From an uncultured Gammaproteobacteria bacterium (GTDB taxonomy: Bacteria; Patescibacteriota; Patescibacteriia; Magasanikbacterales; UBA922), in contig CAZMHV010000004.1 in the NCBI GenBank assembly GCA_964566225.1, positions 248 through 64,247 of the forward strand: a stretch of DNA of 64,000 nt, in the 5' to 3' direction. Position numbers and translations under genes: made by a program. The notes beneath the pieces are model-generated. The model was not told the DNA's origin, made no database searches, and was given only the letters and a program-made list of their open reading frames with translations. Positions 1 through 9,362 of the stretch are shown piece by piece; the first letter of the stretch is position 1, and the number at the start of each line of letters is the position of its first letter.

Positions 1-601
1 AAGCTTTGGGTAAAATATGCAGGGGGTACTGACCCATTTCGTGCATGGTAATCCAGAGGTCGTTTATATTATCGAATCGTTCAAAATAAAACCCACAGGT
101 GTTGAGAATCAAAAATACAGAGTACTGTATAATAATACCACAAACAAGAAGAAAAAATCCGAGCAGTGCATGTGACCAGCTGAGCGCAATGTCATACTGC
201 ACAAATAACCACACGGCAATGGGAATTTCAAAGAGAATATAATACGAAGAATCAATTTGAATGTTGCGAGAACTGAGCAAAAAGAGTGGACTTGCCGGCT
301 TTACTAAAAACAAATCAATATTGCCTTCGGTAATATCAATCGGGATTTTGAGTATTCCCGAAAAAAGCAGTGAAGAAAGTTGTACTACCAAAATCCAAAA
401 AATACTCATGAGGTACACTTCGTGTTTTTGCCAACCACCAATACTATTGGTGTGCCCAAAAAAAGTTTCAATAAACACAAACATCATACCAATCCACAAA
501 CAATTCAAAACAACTTGCATCCACATGTTGGCGCGATACTGGGCTTGGTACGAAATTGCATTTTCCAAAAATGTTTTGTAAATTTTCCAATATTTTTTCA
601 T
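1..601 (-). CDS. ABC-2 family transporter permease (DUF990-like), 3' end runs off window
   Basis: Read manually: ATG at 601 gives MKKYWKIYKTFLENAISYQAQYRANMWMQVVLNCLW...; hydrophobic and paralogous to the three upstream ORFs; absent from ORF track because truncated. Confidence 0.8.
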   Translation of the reverse strand, partial: MKKYWKIYKTFLENAISYQAQYRANMWMQVVLNCLWIGMMFVFIETFFGHTNSIGGWQKHEVYLMSIFWILVVQLSSLLFSGILKIPIDITEGNIDLFLVKPASPLFLLSSRNIQIDSSYYILFEIPIAVWLFVQYDIALSWSHALLGFFLLVCGIIIQYSVFLILNTCGFYFERFDNINDLWITMHEMGQYPLHILPKA

Positions 602-627
602 AAGCAAATACACGTATACAAAAAATT

Positions 628-1422
628 TTACATTCCACCGCCGTCATATCGACGCAGTCCGCGTTTCCACATGAGGGTAATACAGAGTCCTAACAAAAGA
701 ATCCACCCGAGTGCTTTGGTAAGATGTACCAATACTGCTGCTCCCGTTATTTTTCCTAAATATATTTGTGTAGGAATAAAGTACAGATATTGAAATGGCA
801 TCCATGCAGCAATAAGTTGCATTGAAACAGGCAACAGTGAAATTGGTGCAAACGCACCACCCAAAAGTTTTTCCAGCATGCTGCGTAAAAAAGAAATGCC
901 TTGAATTTCTTGCAAAAAGAAAGCGGAAAATCCAATAATAAGTTCAATAAACGCAAAAATAATGTGAGCACACAAAACAAACATCAAAAACAGTAAAAAA
1001 GTTTCGAGTGATGTAGGAAAACGAATAAGATCCGAGATAAAAAATGAACTAAAAAAAAGAATAAGAAAAAAAAGTGGTGCCATCATAACACGGTATCCAT
1101 TTTCTACCATATATCGGTATGGTGGATACCAAATTGGTTTTATGAGAAGGGTATTGAGACGTCCTTTTATAATATCTTCTTGGATATATCGAGAATTGTG
1201 CGCGTTGGTGCACATGCCAATAAAAATAGATACAATATAGTAGGTCACTATGTCTGCTTGGCTAAATCCACCAATATCACTTCTGCCCGCATAAATAGAG
1301 ATCCACAAAAAAGGGAAAATGAGAATGTGGGTAGTATCAACAATTATCCAGTTGATGACTCTGGCACGGTAGACCATGTGTTTTTGAAACGCAATCAAAC
1401 TACAGCGAAGATATTTACGCAT
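628..1422 (-). CDS. ABC-2 family transporter permease (DUF990-like)
   Basis: Start revised to MRKYLRC (ATG 1422); YR motif, I..G.LN.LL.KP motif, G.FAP.SLLP, PFQYLYFIP.QIYLG, C-terminal RRYDGGG. Confidence 0.85.
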   Translation of the reverse strand: MRKYLRCSLIAFQKHMVYRARVINWIIVDTTHILIFPFLWISIYAGRSDIGGFSQADIVTYYIVSIFIGMCTNAHNSRYIQEDIIKGRLNTLLIKPIWYPPYRYMVENGYRVMMAPLFFLILFFSSFFISDLIRFPTSLETFLLFLMFVLCAHIIFAFIELIIGFSAFFLQEIQGISFLRSMLEKLLGGAFAPISLLPVSMQLIAAWMPFQYLYFIPTQIYLGKITGAAVLVHLTKALGWILLLGLCITLMWKRGLRRYDGGGM

Positions 1423-1423
1423 A

Positions 1424-2203
1424 TTAACTACTCGCACTCGAATAAAATTTGAGACTGTGTTTCCATAGCATAAGTGAAAAGCCAAAAAACAGCAAGGCAA
1501 GAACTATGGAAACAAAAAATGACCAGAGTGGCAGGGTGCCAAACAGAGCCTGTACTGGAAAGGCCACAATCACAATGACTGGTAAAAAGTAGGTAAAAAT
1601 AATTTGGAGTTTGGAAGATAAAATTTCAGGTGGAAATCGACCAAGGGCCACTACTTCGCGGTAAAGCCAAATCACATTATCACTCTCGGCAGTGCGCAAG
1701 CTGATGGCTGCCGAAAAAATGTGGATGCTGGTAGCAATAATAAGACCCAAAAAGAGAAGCAATAAATAAGAGAAAATGCGAGTAATATCGAGGTGGGGGA
1801 GAATGACAATATTTTTGACGAGCAAAAAAATAATTGGAATGAGAAAAATAAAATCCAGCAAATCTGTGAGACGACTTAAAGAATAAAAAAGCGCATTGAC
1901 TGGTTTGGTGAGCACTCCATCAAAAGCACCTCGCAAAACATCACCTTTGAAAAAATAAATGCCACGAAAAAAAGCAGAGGTGAGCACATCAACGACATTG
2001 AAGGTAAGAAAAAAAATAAGCGTCTGTGCTTTGGTATACCCAGCCAGGGTTGGGGTGTGTTCAAACAGGGATCCAATAAGTACCAAAAAAAATCCAAAGC
2101 GCAACAGCTTGCCGAGGAGGTAGGAAAGCGAATCAACCCGGTTCGATAAAAACGAGCTAAAAGCATTTTTAGTAAGTCTCATCCAAATGCGGAGGTGTTT
2201 CAT
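1424..2203 (-). CDS. ABC-2 family transporter permease (DUF990-like)
   Basis: G.FD.VLTKPVN, RFPPEI, FT..LP, C-terminal YSSASS typical of the second permease type. Confidence 0.85.
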   Translation of the reverse strand: MKHLRIWMRLTKNAFSSFLSNRVDSLSYLLGKLLRFGFFLVLIGSLFEHTPTLAGYTKAQTLIFFLTFNVVDVLTSAFFRGIYFFKGDVLRGAFDGVLTKPVNALFYSLSRLTDLLDFIFLIPIIFLLVKNIVILPHLDITRIFSYLLLLFLGLIIATSIHIFSAAISLRTAESDNVIWLYREVVALGRFPPEILSSKLQIIFTYFLPVIVIVAFPVQALFGTLPLWSFFVSIVLALLFFGFSLMLWKHSLKFYSSASS

Positions 2204-2994
2204 ATGCCGTCACCAGTATATTTTTGAAGTCCTTTTTTCCAGGTAAAAAAAGTAAGTATGCCAATAAGGGCAATCCACAATATTTGGAGCAACACACTGT
2301 GGAGAATGTCATTGGGTGACAGTTTGCCAAGGTATATTTGCATAGGTATAAACAATATATACAAATAGGGAAGTGCTGACAGAAGAACTCCAAAAGAATG
2401 CGTCACAATATTGATAGGAAAGTAGACCCCACTCGCAAATTCAAGAAGCCATTCAAACAAAAATCGTGGGCCCATGGCTTCTCGAGTCCAAAAGGCCAAA
2501 AAATTGAGCATGAGTGAAAGAAAAAAATAGAGTATATGGCCCAAAAACAAAGAAAGCGCAAATATACCCAAACTCCCAAATGAAGAAGGAAATAATATGG
2601 TTTCATTGAGGAGAATCAAAAAAAGAGCAACTTCCAAAAGAGAGGTGATGAATAAGGTTACCCGTTCCCCAAGTTCTCGAAAGTAAAAGAGTTTCCACAC
2701 AGAGATTGGTTTGAGTAAGTAAGATGAAAATGTCCCGTCATTGATATCCTGGGCAATTTTTCGAGACTGTTCACCAAACACCACGGCCTTGAGCACATTC
2801 ATGCCAAACACATAGGTGATGAGTTCTTGTCTTGAATACCCAGCAAATGCGGTACTCCCTTTGGTCAGGTACGTCCACACATAAAAGAGTACGAGCATCA
2901 CAATCACATTTCGAACTCTGCCCATCAAAAAATCAAGCCGATACGTAAGGATTCGACTGATTGAGAGTTTAAAAATTTTTTGGTACGGGGACAT
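2200..2994 (-). CDS. ABC-2 family transporter permease (DUF990-like)
   Basis: YRLDF, DI.DG.FS.YLLKP, SGVYFP, P.QIYLG, KKGL.KYTG.G; 4-nt overlap with next gene. Confidence 0.85.
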   Translation of the reverse strand: MSPYQKIFKLSISRILTYRLDFLMGRVRNVIVMLVLFYVWTYLTKGSTAFAGYSRQELITYVFGMNVLKAVVFGEQSRKIAQDINDGTFSSYLLKPISVWKLFYFRELGERVTLFITSLLEVALFLILLNETILFPSSFGSLGIFALSLFLGHILYFFLSLMLNFLAFWTREAMGPRFLFEWLLEFASGVYFPINIVTHSFGVLLSALPYLYILFIPMQIYLGKLSPNDILHSVLLQILWIALIGILTFFTWKKGLQKYTGDGI

Positions 2995-3135
2995 GGTGTC
3001 TATTGTAACAAAAATTTGTTGTTCTCACCATTTTCAATACAATTATCCACTTGTATTCGTCATTGTATCAAAATTGTGCTATAATAAAACCAGTTCAAAA
3101 AGAAATAACATTTCTTCTTTTTCACTTTGTATATT

Positions 3136-4125
3136 ATGAGAGAACCTACATACCGTGATAGTTTGATTCATGGATGGTATCTTATGCTTGACCATAAGAT
3201 ACTTTGGATTTTTGGTTTGTTTGCAGCACTCCTTGGTCAAATGGGAGTATTGGAAATTTTTACAAAAGTGATTGTAACGGCAAAATACTATACGTATTAT
3301 CCACTCATCATGAGTGCTCCAGAAATAACCAAGGGTATAGTGAGTTCTTTGCAAGAGTGGAATCTTCCTTTGGATAAAGGAGTGTGGCTGATTTGGTTAT
3401 TGGTTATATTTTTGGCTTTTGCTTTTGTCTTTTTGTTTGTAGCTGTGGTATCTCAGGGGGCACTTATTCACTGCGTGCATCAATTTGTTCGAGGTAAATC
3501 AAAATTAGCCTCACACGAAGCGTGGCATGCAGGGGTAGGTCATTTTGGCCGGCTTCTGTTTTTGCAAGTTATCAAAAAAATAGTACTGAGTATACTTCTT
3601 TTCTTTACAGGGTATGCAACGTACCATTTTATTCTTACTCCAAGTCCTTTTTTTACGACATTGTTTGCTTTTTCTATTTTGGTGGCTCTCTTTTTTGGAA
3701 GTATTATTTCTCTGCTTACAACGTATGCAGCTGGGTATATTGTGGTTGAAGAGTATCAGGTAGAAAATGCTTTGTCTGAAGCATGGAAGCTTCTTCGTTC
3801 ACACAGTTTAGTCTCACTTGAAGTTGCCAGTATTATTTTACTCATGAATGTGGTGGTAACATTGGTAGCTGCGTGTGCTGTGATTCTCTTCAAATTTCAA
3901 CTGGCTTTGGTTGGAATTTTTGCATTGGCCACCAATAGTTTAGCTTTATGGTCAGTTGGCAATACGTTTAGTGCCTTGATTCTCACAGGTATTTTAGTTG
4001 TATTAGGTTCATTTATTACTGTGTTTAGTACTTCTGTTTGGACCTACCTATTTATGAAGATGCATGAAACTGGGCTTCAGCCACGTATGAAACTTTTGGT
4101 TCAGCGTTTGTTTTCTCGTGCTTAA
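3136..4125 (+). CDS. Multi-pass membrane protein of unknown function
   Basis: About 8 hydrophobic segments; LWIFGLFAALLG N-terminal motif; start revised to ATG 3136. Confidence 0.75.
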   Translation: MREPTYRDSLIHGWYLMLDHKILWIFGLFAALLGQMGVLEIFTKVIVTAKYYTYYPLIMSAPEITKGIVSSLQEWNLPLDKGVWLIWLLVIFLAFAFVFLFVAVVSQGALIHCVHQFVRGKSKLASHEAWHAGVGHFGRLLFLQVIKKIVLSILLFFTGYATYHFILTPSPFFTTLFAFSILVALFFGSIISLLTTYAAGYIVVEEYQVENALSEAWKLLRSHSLVSLEVASIILLMNVVVTLVAACAVILFKFQLALVGIFALATNSLALWSVGNTFSALILTGILVVLGSFITVFSTSVWTYLFMKMHETGLQPRMKLLVQRLFSRA

Positions 4126-4152
4126 AAAAGTTGCTTGGATTTTGTAAAAATT

Positions 4153-5892
4153 ATGTCAGATTTTCCTTCGCTCAATCAGCTCATGGCAAAAAAATCTCCT
4201 CTTACTCAGGCGGCGACTTCAACGACCGAACAAAAATTTGAAAAAAAAATGAAGGAAGTAGGAGAAAAAGAAAAAGAAGTTGAAACCCAACGATACGCAC
4301 AAGTAGTAGGGGTTCCGTATTTGAGTTTAGAAAAATTTCCTGTGAGCATGGAAGCACTCCGTCAACTTCCCCAAGAAACAGCCGAGGAACTTGGAGTGGT
4401 TTGTTTTTTTTATGAAAATGATCAGTTTCGTTTGGGAGCAGTTGACCCTACACAAAATGAAATTCAAGAGTTGCTTAAGACCATGGAAGAAAAAAATGGG
4501 GGAAAGGGGGCTCTCTATGTGATTTCAAAAAAAAGTTTTGAAACAGTCATAAAGCTCTATGCCTCACTCCCTATTGTGAAAGCGGTTACCAAAGACATTG
4601 AAATCAAAAGTGAAGCACTCGAGGCAGTTCAGGCAGACGTGACTGACTTTGCTTCTTTTCAAGAAATTTTAAAAAAAGCCAATACGACTGATATTTTGGT
4701 CTACGTAATTGCTGCTGCGCTCAAGCTTCGTTCTACCGATTTACATATTGAAGCCGAAGAAAGCAAAGTTGCCGTTCGTTTTCGTTTGGACGGAATTTTG
4801 CACGATGCTGCTACACTGCCTAACGAAGCCTACAAGCAGCTTATTTCACGTATTAAACTCACTTCATCATTGAAAATCAATATCACTGACAAACCACAAG
4901 ATGGTCGCTTTACGATTAAACTCAAAGATACCAATGTTGATGTTCGTGTTTCAACTCTCCCTACGGTATATGGCGAAAGTGTGGTTATGCGTTTGCTGCC
5001 ACAAAACAGAGAAGGTGTGAAACTTGAATCACTCGGACTTCGTGGTCGTGTATTTGAAGAGCTCAACCGTCAAATTCAGCGTCCAAGTGGCATGATTATT
5101 ACTACTGGTCCAACAGGAAGTGGTAAAACCACTACTTTGTACGCGGTAATGCATATTCTCAATGAACCAGGAGTAAAAATTTTGACACTGGAAGACCCAG
5201 TAGAATATAAAATGGAAGGAATCAACCAAAGTCAGATTGATCTTTCTAAGGGATATACCTTTGCCAAGGGGCTGCGTTCGATGCTTCGTCAAGATCCAGA
5301 TATTGCCATGGTTGGTGAAATTCGTGATCTTGAAACAGCAGATATTGCTATCCAGGCCGCGCTTACTGGGCATCTTATTTTGTCTACTATCCATACCAAT
5401 AGTGCAGCAGGAGCTATTCCTCGTTTTCTTTCTATGGGAGTGAAGCCATTTTTGCTCGCGCCTGCACTCAATGCTATTATTGGTCAGCGTTTGGTACGTA
5501 AATTGTGTGAAAAATGTAAAGAAAAAGTAACCTTGAGTGAAGATGAAGTGAAGCGCGTCAATGAACAGCTGGATACATTGCCAGAGATTGAAGCACAAGA
5601 AATTGCTCAAAAATATGCATATCAAAAGTCTGGTGCTGCTGGGCTTGTATTTTATGATGCCAAAGGGTGTAAAGAATGTAATGGTCTTGGATATAAAGGA
5701 CGTGTTGGTATTTATGAAATTATGGTTATGAGTAAAGAAGTCGAACAGTTGGTGCTTTCAGGTCATGTCTCTGAATATGAAATTGAAGAGTTGTCTGTGA
5801 AAAAAGGAATGGTCAAGATGGTGCAGGATGGACTTATTAAGGCACTCGAGGGACAAACATCGGTTGCCGAAGTATTTCGTATTATTGAATAA
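4153..5892 (+). CDS. pilB: Type IV pilus / T2SS assembly ATPase (PilB/GspE family)
   Basis: Walker A GPTGSGKTT, TLEDPVEY, LRQDPD..MVGEIRD, TGH.ILSTIH, CxxC...CxxC zinc motif, GYKGR.GIYE. Confidence 0.92.
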   Translation: MSDFPSLNQLMAKKSPLTQAATSTTEQKFEKKMKEVGEKEKEVETQRYAQVVGVPYLSLEKFPVSMEALRQLPQETAEELGVVCFFYENDQFRLGAVDPTQNEIQELLKTMEEKNGGKGALYVISKKSFETVIKLYASLPIVKAVTKDIEIKSEALEAVQADVTDFASFQEILKKANTTDILVYVIAAALKLRSTDLHIEAEESKVAVRFRLDGILHDAATLPNEAYKQLISRIKLTSSLKINITDKPQDGRFTIKLKDTNVDVRVSTLPTVYGESVVMRLLPQNREGVKLESLGLRGRVFEELNRQIQRPSGMIITTGPTGSGKTTTLYAVMHILNEPGVKILTLEDPVEYKMEGINQSQIDLSKGYTFAKGLRSMLRQDPDIAMVGEIRDLETADIAIQAALTGHLILSTIHTNSAAGAIPRFLSMGVKPFLLAPALNAIIGQRLVRKLCEKCKEKVTLSEDEVKRVNEQLDTLPEIEAQEIAQKYAYQKSGAAGLVFYDAKGCKECNGLGYKGRVGIYEIMVMSKEVEQLVLSGHVSEYEIEELSVKKGMVKMVQDGLIKALEGQTSVAEVFRIIE

Positions 5893-5925
5893 ATATTTTT
5901 TTTACATTTTAAAGCCCTGTCATAT

Positions 5926-7068
5926 ATGGTTTCACGCCGTAAACAAACCAGCCTCCCCGAGGAGCAGCCGGTTCGATTTTATAAAATTATTGCGCTTACT
6001 TTTTTGTTTTTGACGGTAGTTTTGTTTGGTGCGGTTATTTTTATGTCTTCAAAACGCGCCGTGATTACCATTGAAACCAAAGCCTCTCCTGACAATATCA
6101 ACAACGATATTGTGGTGGGTGAAAAAGTGGACAATCCACAAATAGTAGCCATGGTTACTACTACGATAGTAAATGCAGTAGAAATTTTTAGCCCTACGGG
6201 CAGTAAAGAAGAACCAGGTATCTCAACAGGAGTTGTAACCTTGCACAACGAAACTGCCAGTGCACAGCCACTTGTTGCAACAACACGGTTACTTTCACCA
6301 GATGGAGTACTTTTTCGATTGAAAAAAGGAACCAATGTCCCTGCAAATGGTACGGTTATTGCAGAAGTGTATGCAGATAAATCAGGAGAAGAAAGTGATA
6401 TTGGACCAACTCAGTTTACAATTCCAGGATTGCCTACGGATAAGCAAAAGGTAGTCTATGCAAAAAGTGAATCACCTATGACTGGCGGACTCAAAAAAAC
6501 AGGTATTTTATCACAAGTAGATTTGGATGATGCAGAAAAACGTTTGAGTAGTACATTTGACGCAAAAATAAAGAGTGATTTACAAACTTTGTATGGAGAC
6601 AAACAAACCACTTACTTGGTTTCACCTATGGAAAAGAAATCAAATGCTAAAGTTGGGGACGTTGTGACTGAGGTGACTTTGGAAGCAAAAGCGAAAGTGA
6701 GTGTGGTTATTTATGACAAAACAGAGATGAAAAATTGGGTAGAAAAAACTATTCAAAATCGTGCGGTAGGAGATACTCAAATCTTTCGCTCGAGTAACGA
6801 AGAACCACAAGTTTCTCTGAAAGACTATAACGAAGAAAAAAATCAAGCAACACTGCATGTGTTTTCAGCAGGACTTGCTACCATTAACCCTGCGAGTAAA
6901 GAACTCGAAAAATCACTTTTCTTTGGAAAAACAAAAGATGAAGTAAAACGCTATGTAACTTCGCTCGAACATGTGACTGCTGTAGATGTAAATTTTCGTC
7001 CATTTTGGATGCAGACCGTGCCACATATACATGATCATGTACAGATCATTGTAAAAGAAGTGCCATAA
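5926..7068 (+). CDS. Membrane-anchored protein with baseplate-J-like beta domain
   Basis: N-terminal TM; G.V...N....QPL...TRL.S.DG..FR...VPA.G...V.AD..G....IG...FTIPGL pattern. Confidence 0.65.
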   Translation: MVSRRKQTSLPEEQPVRFYKIIALTFLFLTVVLFGAVIFMSSKRAVITIETKASPDNINNDIVVGEKVDNPQIVAMVTTTIVNAVEIFSPTGSKEEPGISTGVVTLHNETASAQPLVATTRLLSPDGVLFRLKKGTNVPANGTVIAEVYADKSGEESDIGPTQFTIPGLPTDKQKVVYAKSESPMTGGLKKTGILSQVDLDDAEKRLSSTFDAKIKSDLQTLYGDKQTTYLVSPMEKKSNAKVGDVVTEVTLEAKAKVSVVIYDKTEMKNWVEKTIQNRAVGDTQIFRSSNEEPQVSLKDYNEEKNQATLHVFSAGLATINPASKELEKSLFFGKTKDEVKRYVTSLEHVTAVDVNFRPFWMQTVPHIHDHVQIIVKEVP

Positions 7069-7080
7069 AAATGCGAGTAT

Positions 7081-7109
7081 TTGACACCAATGGCATTCTC
7101 AGGTAGTGT
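7081..7109 (+). promoter_or_regulatory. Sigma70-type promoter for thrS leader
   Basis: TTGACA (7081-7086), 17-nt spacer, TAGTGT (7104-7109). Confidence 0.6.
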
Positions 7110-7114
7110 ATATA

Positions 7115-7330
7115 TATTCTGTGGCACAGCACCAGCCCAGTGGAACCTCCTCGGTAGGAAGTAAGAGCCATGACTGAAAGCTCTTTCGGGAAAGTCCATA
7201 TGGTACCAGGCTTTGAGATTTGACAATAGAAAAAAGTAAAACGTTCGGGTGGAACCGTCTTAATATTTTAGGACCCCGGCAAGTGGATTTCTGCAATATG
7301 TTGTGGAGGTTCACTTGTCGGGGTTTTTTG
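7115..7330 (+). promoter_or_regulatory. T-box riboswitch (Thr) with antiterminator and terminator
   Basis: CGGG-UGGAACC-GUCUUA..UAGGAC-CCCG (7246-7278) forms the canonical 7-nt-bulge antiterminator; mutually exclusive terminator 7272-7329 followed by U-run; lies upstream of thrS. Confidence 0.85.
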
Positions 7331-7340
7331 TTTCTTCATC

Positions 7341-7512
7341 GTGAACTGATGTGAATGAAATTTTGTCTAAATGAAAAATGGGGGTCTCACCATTACTCAA
7401 AAGTTGAAACTCGGTCGCCTGAGACGACCTCAAACATCAACTTTTGCCCTTCGGGACGTAATGGTTCGCTCCACATTTTTCATGCGACAAAATTTCATTC
7501 ACATCAGTTCAC
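7341..7512. mobile_element. MITE-like element, 172 bp
   Basis: Perfect 27-bp terminal inverted repeats (7341-7367 / 7486-7512); 5-bp direct repeat TCATC on both sides (7336-7340, 7513-7517); nested internal palindromes. Confidence 0.8.
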
Positions 7513-7553
7513 TCATCAACTTTTAAATTTGTATTTTCTAACTGTATATTTGT

Positions 7554-9302
7554 ATGGAAAAAGAACAACTCGAACACTTGCGTCACTCGTGTGCACACTT
7601 GCTTGCCGCAGCAATTCAGGAACTGTATCCAGAAGCCAAACGAACCATTGGTCCGGCTATTGATACTGGATTTTATTATGATTTTGATTTTGGCAATGTC
7701 AAAATTTCAGATACAGACTTGCCAAAAATTGAAGAAAAAATGCATGAGCTGGTGAAAGAATGGAGTGGGTTTGAGCGCCGCGAAGTCAGTGGAGAGGAAG
7801 CCAAACAATTTTTTGCAGGCAATGAATATAAAAATGAACTCATTGAAGAATTTGCTGGCGAAGGGAAAATGCTTACGTTTTATACTTCTGGAAAATTTAC
7901 CGATTTGTGCCGTGGTGGACATAGTGAAAAACCTTCCGAAGAATTAAAACATTTTAAATTGCTTTCATTGGCCGGAGCCTATTGGAGAGGCAGTGAAAAA
8001 AATAAAATGTTGACTCGTATTTATGGAACAGCCTTTGCGTCGGCCGAGGAGCTTGAAGATCACTTGAATATGCTCGAAGAAGCCAAAAAACGTGATCACC
8101 GCAAAATTGGGCAAGATCAAAAGTTATTTTTTGTAGATGAAACCGTTGGAAAGGGTTTGATTTTGTGGCAGCCAAATGGAACTATTATTCGTGACGAAAT
8201 TGAAACTTTGGCTCGTGAAGTAGAAAAAAATGGTGGATACAAACGCGTAGTCACTCCACACATGGCCAAAGAAGAGTTGTATCTGACCTCTGGTCACTTG
8301 CCATACTACAAAGACGGCATGTATCCAGCCATGGTGATGGATGATGGCACTTACTACCTCAAAGCCATGAACTGTCCACATCATCATATTATGTTCCGTC
8401 ATGAACAACGCAGTTATCGGGAACTTCCAGTTCGTTTTGCAGAATATGGAACCTGCTATCGCAATGAATTATCTGGTACGCTTGCAGGCTTGCTTCGTGT
8501 ACGTGGGCTTGCTATGAATGATGCGCATATTTATTGTCGTAAAGATCAAATTAAAAATGAATTCAAGGCTGTGATGCAAATGATTATTAATTATTTTGAA
8601 ATTTTTGGACTCCAAAATTATTGGTTTCGACTTTCTAAGTGGAGTAAAGACCATCTCGAAAAATATTTGAATGAACCAGAAAATTGGGAGTATGCTGAGG
8701 GCGTGCTACGCGAGGTATTGCAAGAAATGAATGTGAAATTTGTAGAAGCCGAAGATGAAGCAGCATTTTATGGACCAAAGGTAGATGTGCAGTTTAAGTC
8801 GGTGATTGGACGTGAAGAAACCATGTCTACGGTACAGCTCGATTTTGCAGCCAAAAAACGTTTTGGTTTGAGTTATGTAGATGAAACCGGTGCAGATAAT
8901 AACGAGGTGTTTGTGATTCACCGTGCTCCACTTTCAACACACGAACGTTTTACTGCGTTTTTGATTGAGCATTTTGCTGGGGTATGGCCATTGTGGCTCT
9001 CTCCAGTACAAGTGGCAATTTTGCCAGTTTCTACGGAGAAGCATTTTGAAGGTGCCAAAAAGATGGCAGAAGAGTTTATGGCAGCAGGTATTCGTGTAGA
9101 AGTTGATTCTGCGGACGAAACCGTGGGCAATAAGATTCGTAAATCTGCACAGGCAAAAATTCCATATGTTTTGGTAGTAGGAGACAAAGAACTTGGTGGT
9201 GAGCCACTCATGGTTCGTGTCCGTGGACAAGAAGCACAAGAAAAAATGACCAAAGAAGAGTTTGTGGCTCGAGTGACAAAAGAAAATACCCAAAGAGTTT
9301 AA
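7554..9302 (+). CDS. thrS: Threonine--tRNA ligase
   Basis: LRHS.AHLLA.A, DLCRGGH, GAYWRG, RDHRKIG, MNCPHH, E.SG.L.GL.RVRG, AFYGPK.D. Confidence 0.98.
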   Translation: MEKEQLEHLRHSCAHLLAAAIQELYPEAKRTIGPAIDTGFYYDFDFGNVKISDTDLPKIEEKMHELVKEWSGFERREVSGEEAKQFFAGNEYKNELIEEFAGEGKMLTFYTSGKFTDLCRGGHSEKPSEELKHFKLLSLAGAYWRGSEKNKMLTRIYGTAFASAEELEDHLNMLEEAKKRDHRKIGQDQKLFFVDETVGKGLILWQPNGTIIRDEIETLAREVEKNGGYKRVVTPHMAKEELYLTSGHLPYYKDGMYPAMVMDDGTYYLKAMNCPHHHIMFRHEQRSYRELPVRFAEYGTCYRNELSGTLAGLLRVRGLAMNDAHIYCRKDQIKNEFKAVMQMIINYFEIFGLQNYWFRLSKWSKDHLEKYLNEPENWEYAEGVLREVLQEMNVKFVEAEDEAAFYGPKVDVQFKSVIGREETMSTVQLDFAAKKRFGLSYVDETGADNNEVFVIHRAPLSTHERFTAFLIEHFAGVWPLWLSPVQVAILPVSTEKHFEGAKKMAEEFMAAGIRVEVDSADETVGNKIRKSAQAKIPYVLVVGDKELGGEPLMVRVRGQEAQEKMTKEEFVARVTKENTQRV

Positions 9303-9319
9303 ACATTTCAGTTATATTA

Positions 9320-9349
9320 AAAAATCCCAGTTTGATAACTGGGATTTTT
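9320..9349. terminator. Bidirectional intrinsic terminator
   Basis: AAAAATCCCAGTT-TGAT-AACTGGGATTTTT between convergent genes. Confidence 0.85.
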
Positions 9350-9362
9350 GGTACAAGTTTTG

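Noticed and set aside
5926-7068. Prophage inferred from baseplate-J-like gene
   Set aside because: Isolated, TM-anchored, host-like composition and flanked by housekeeping genes
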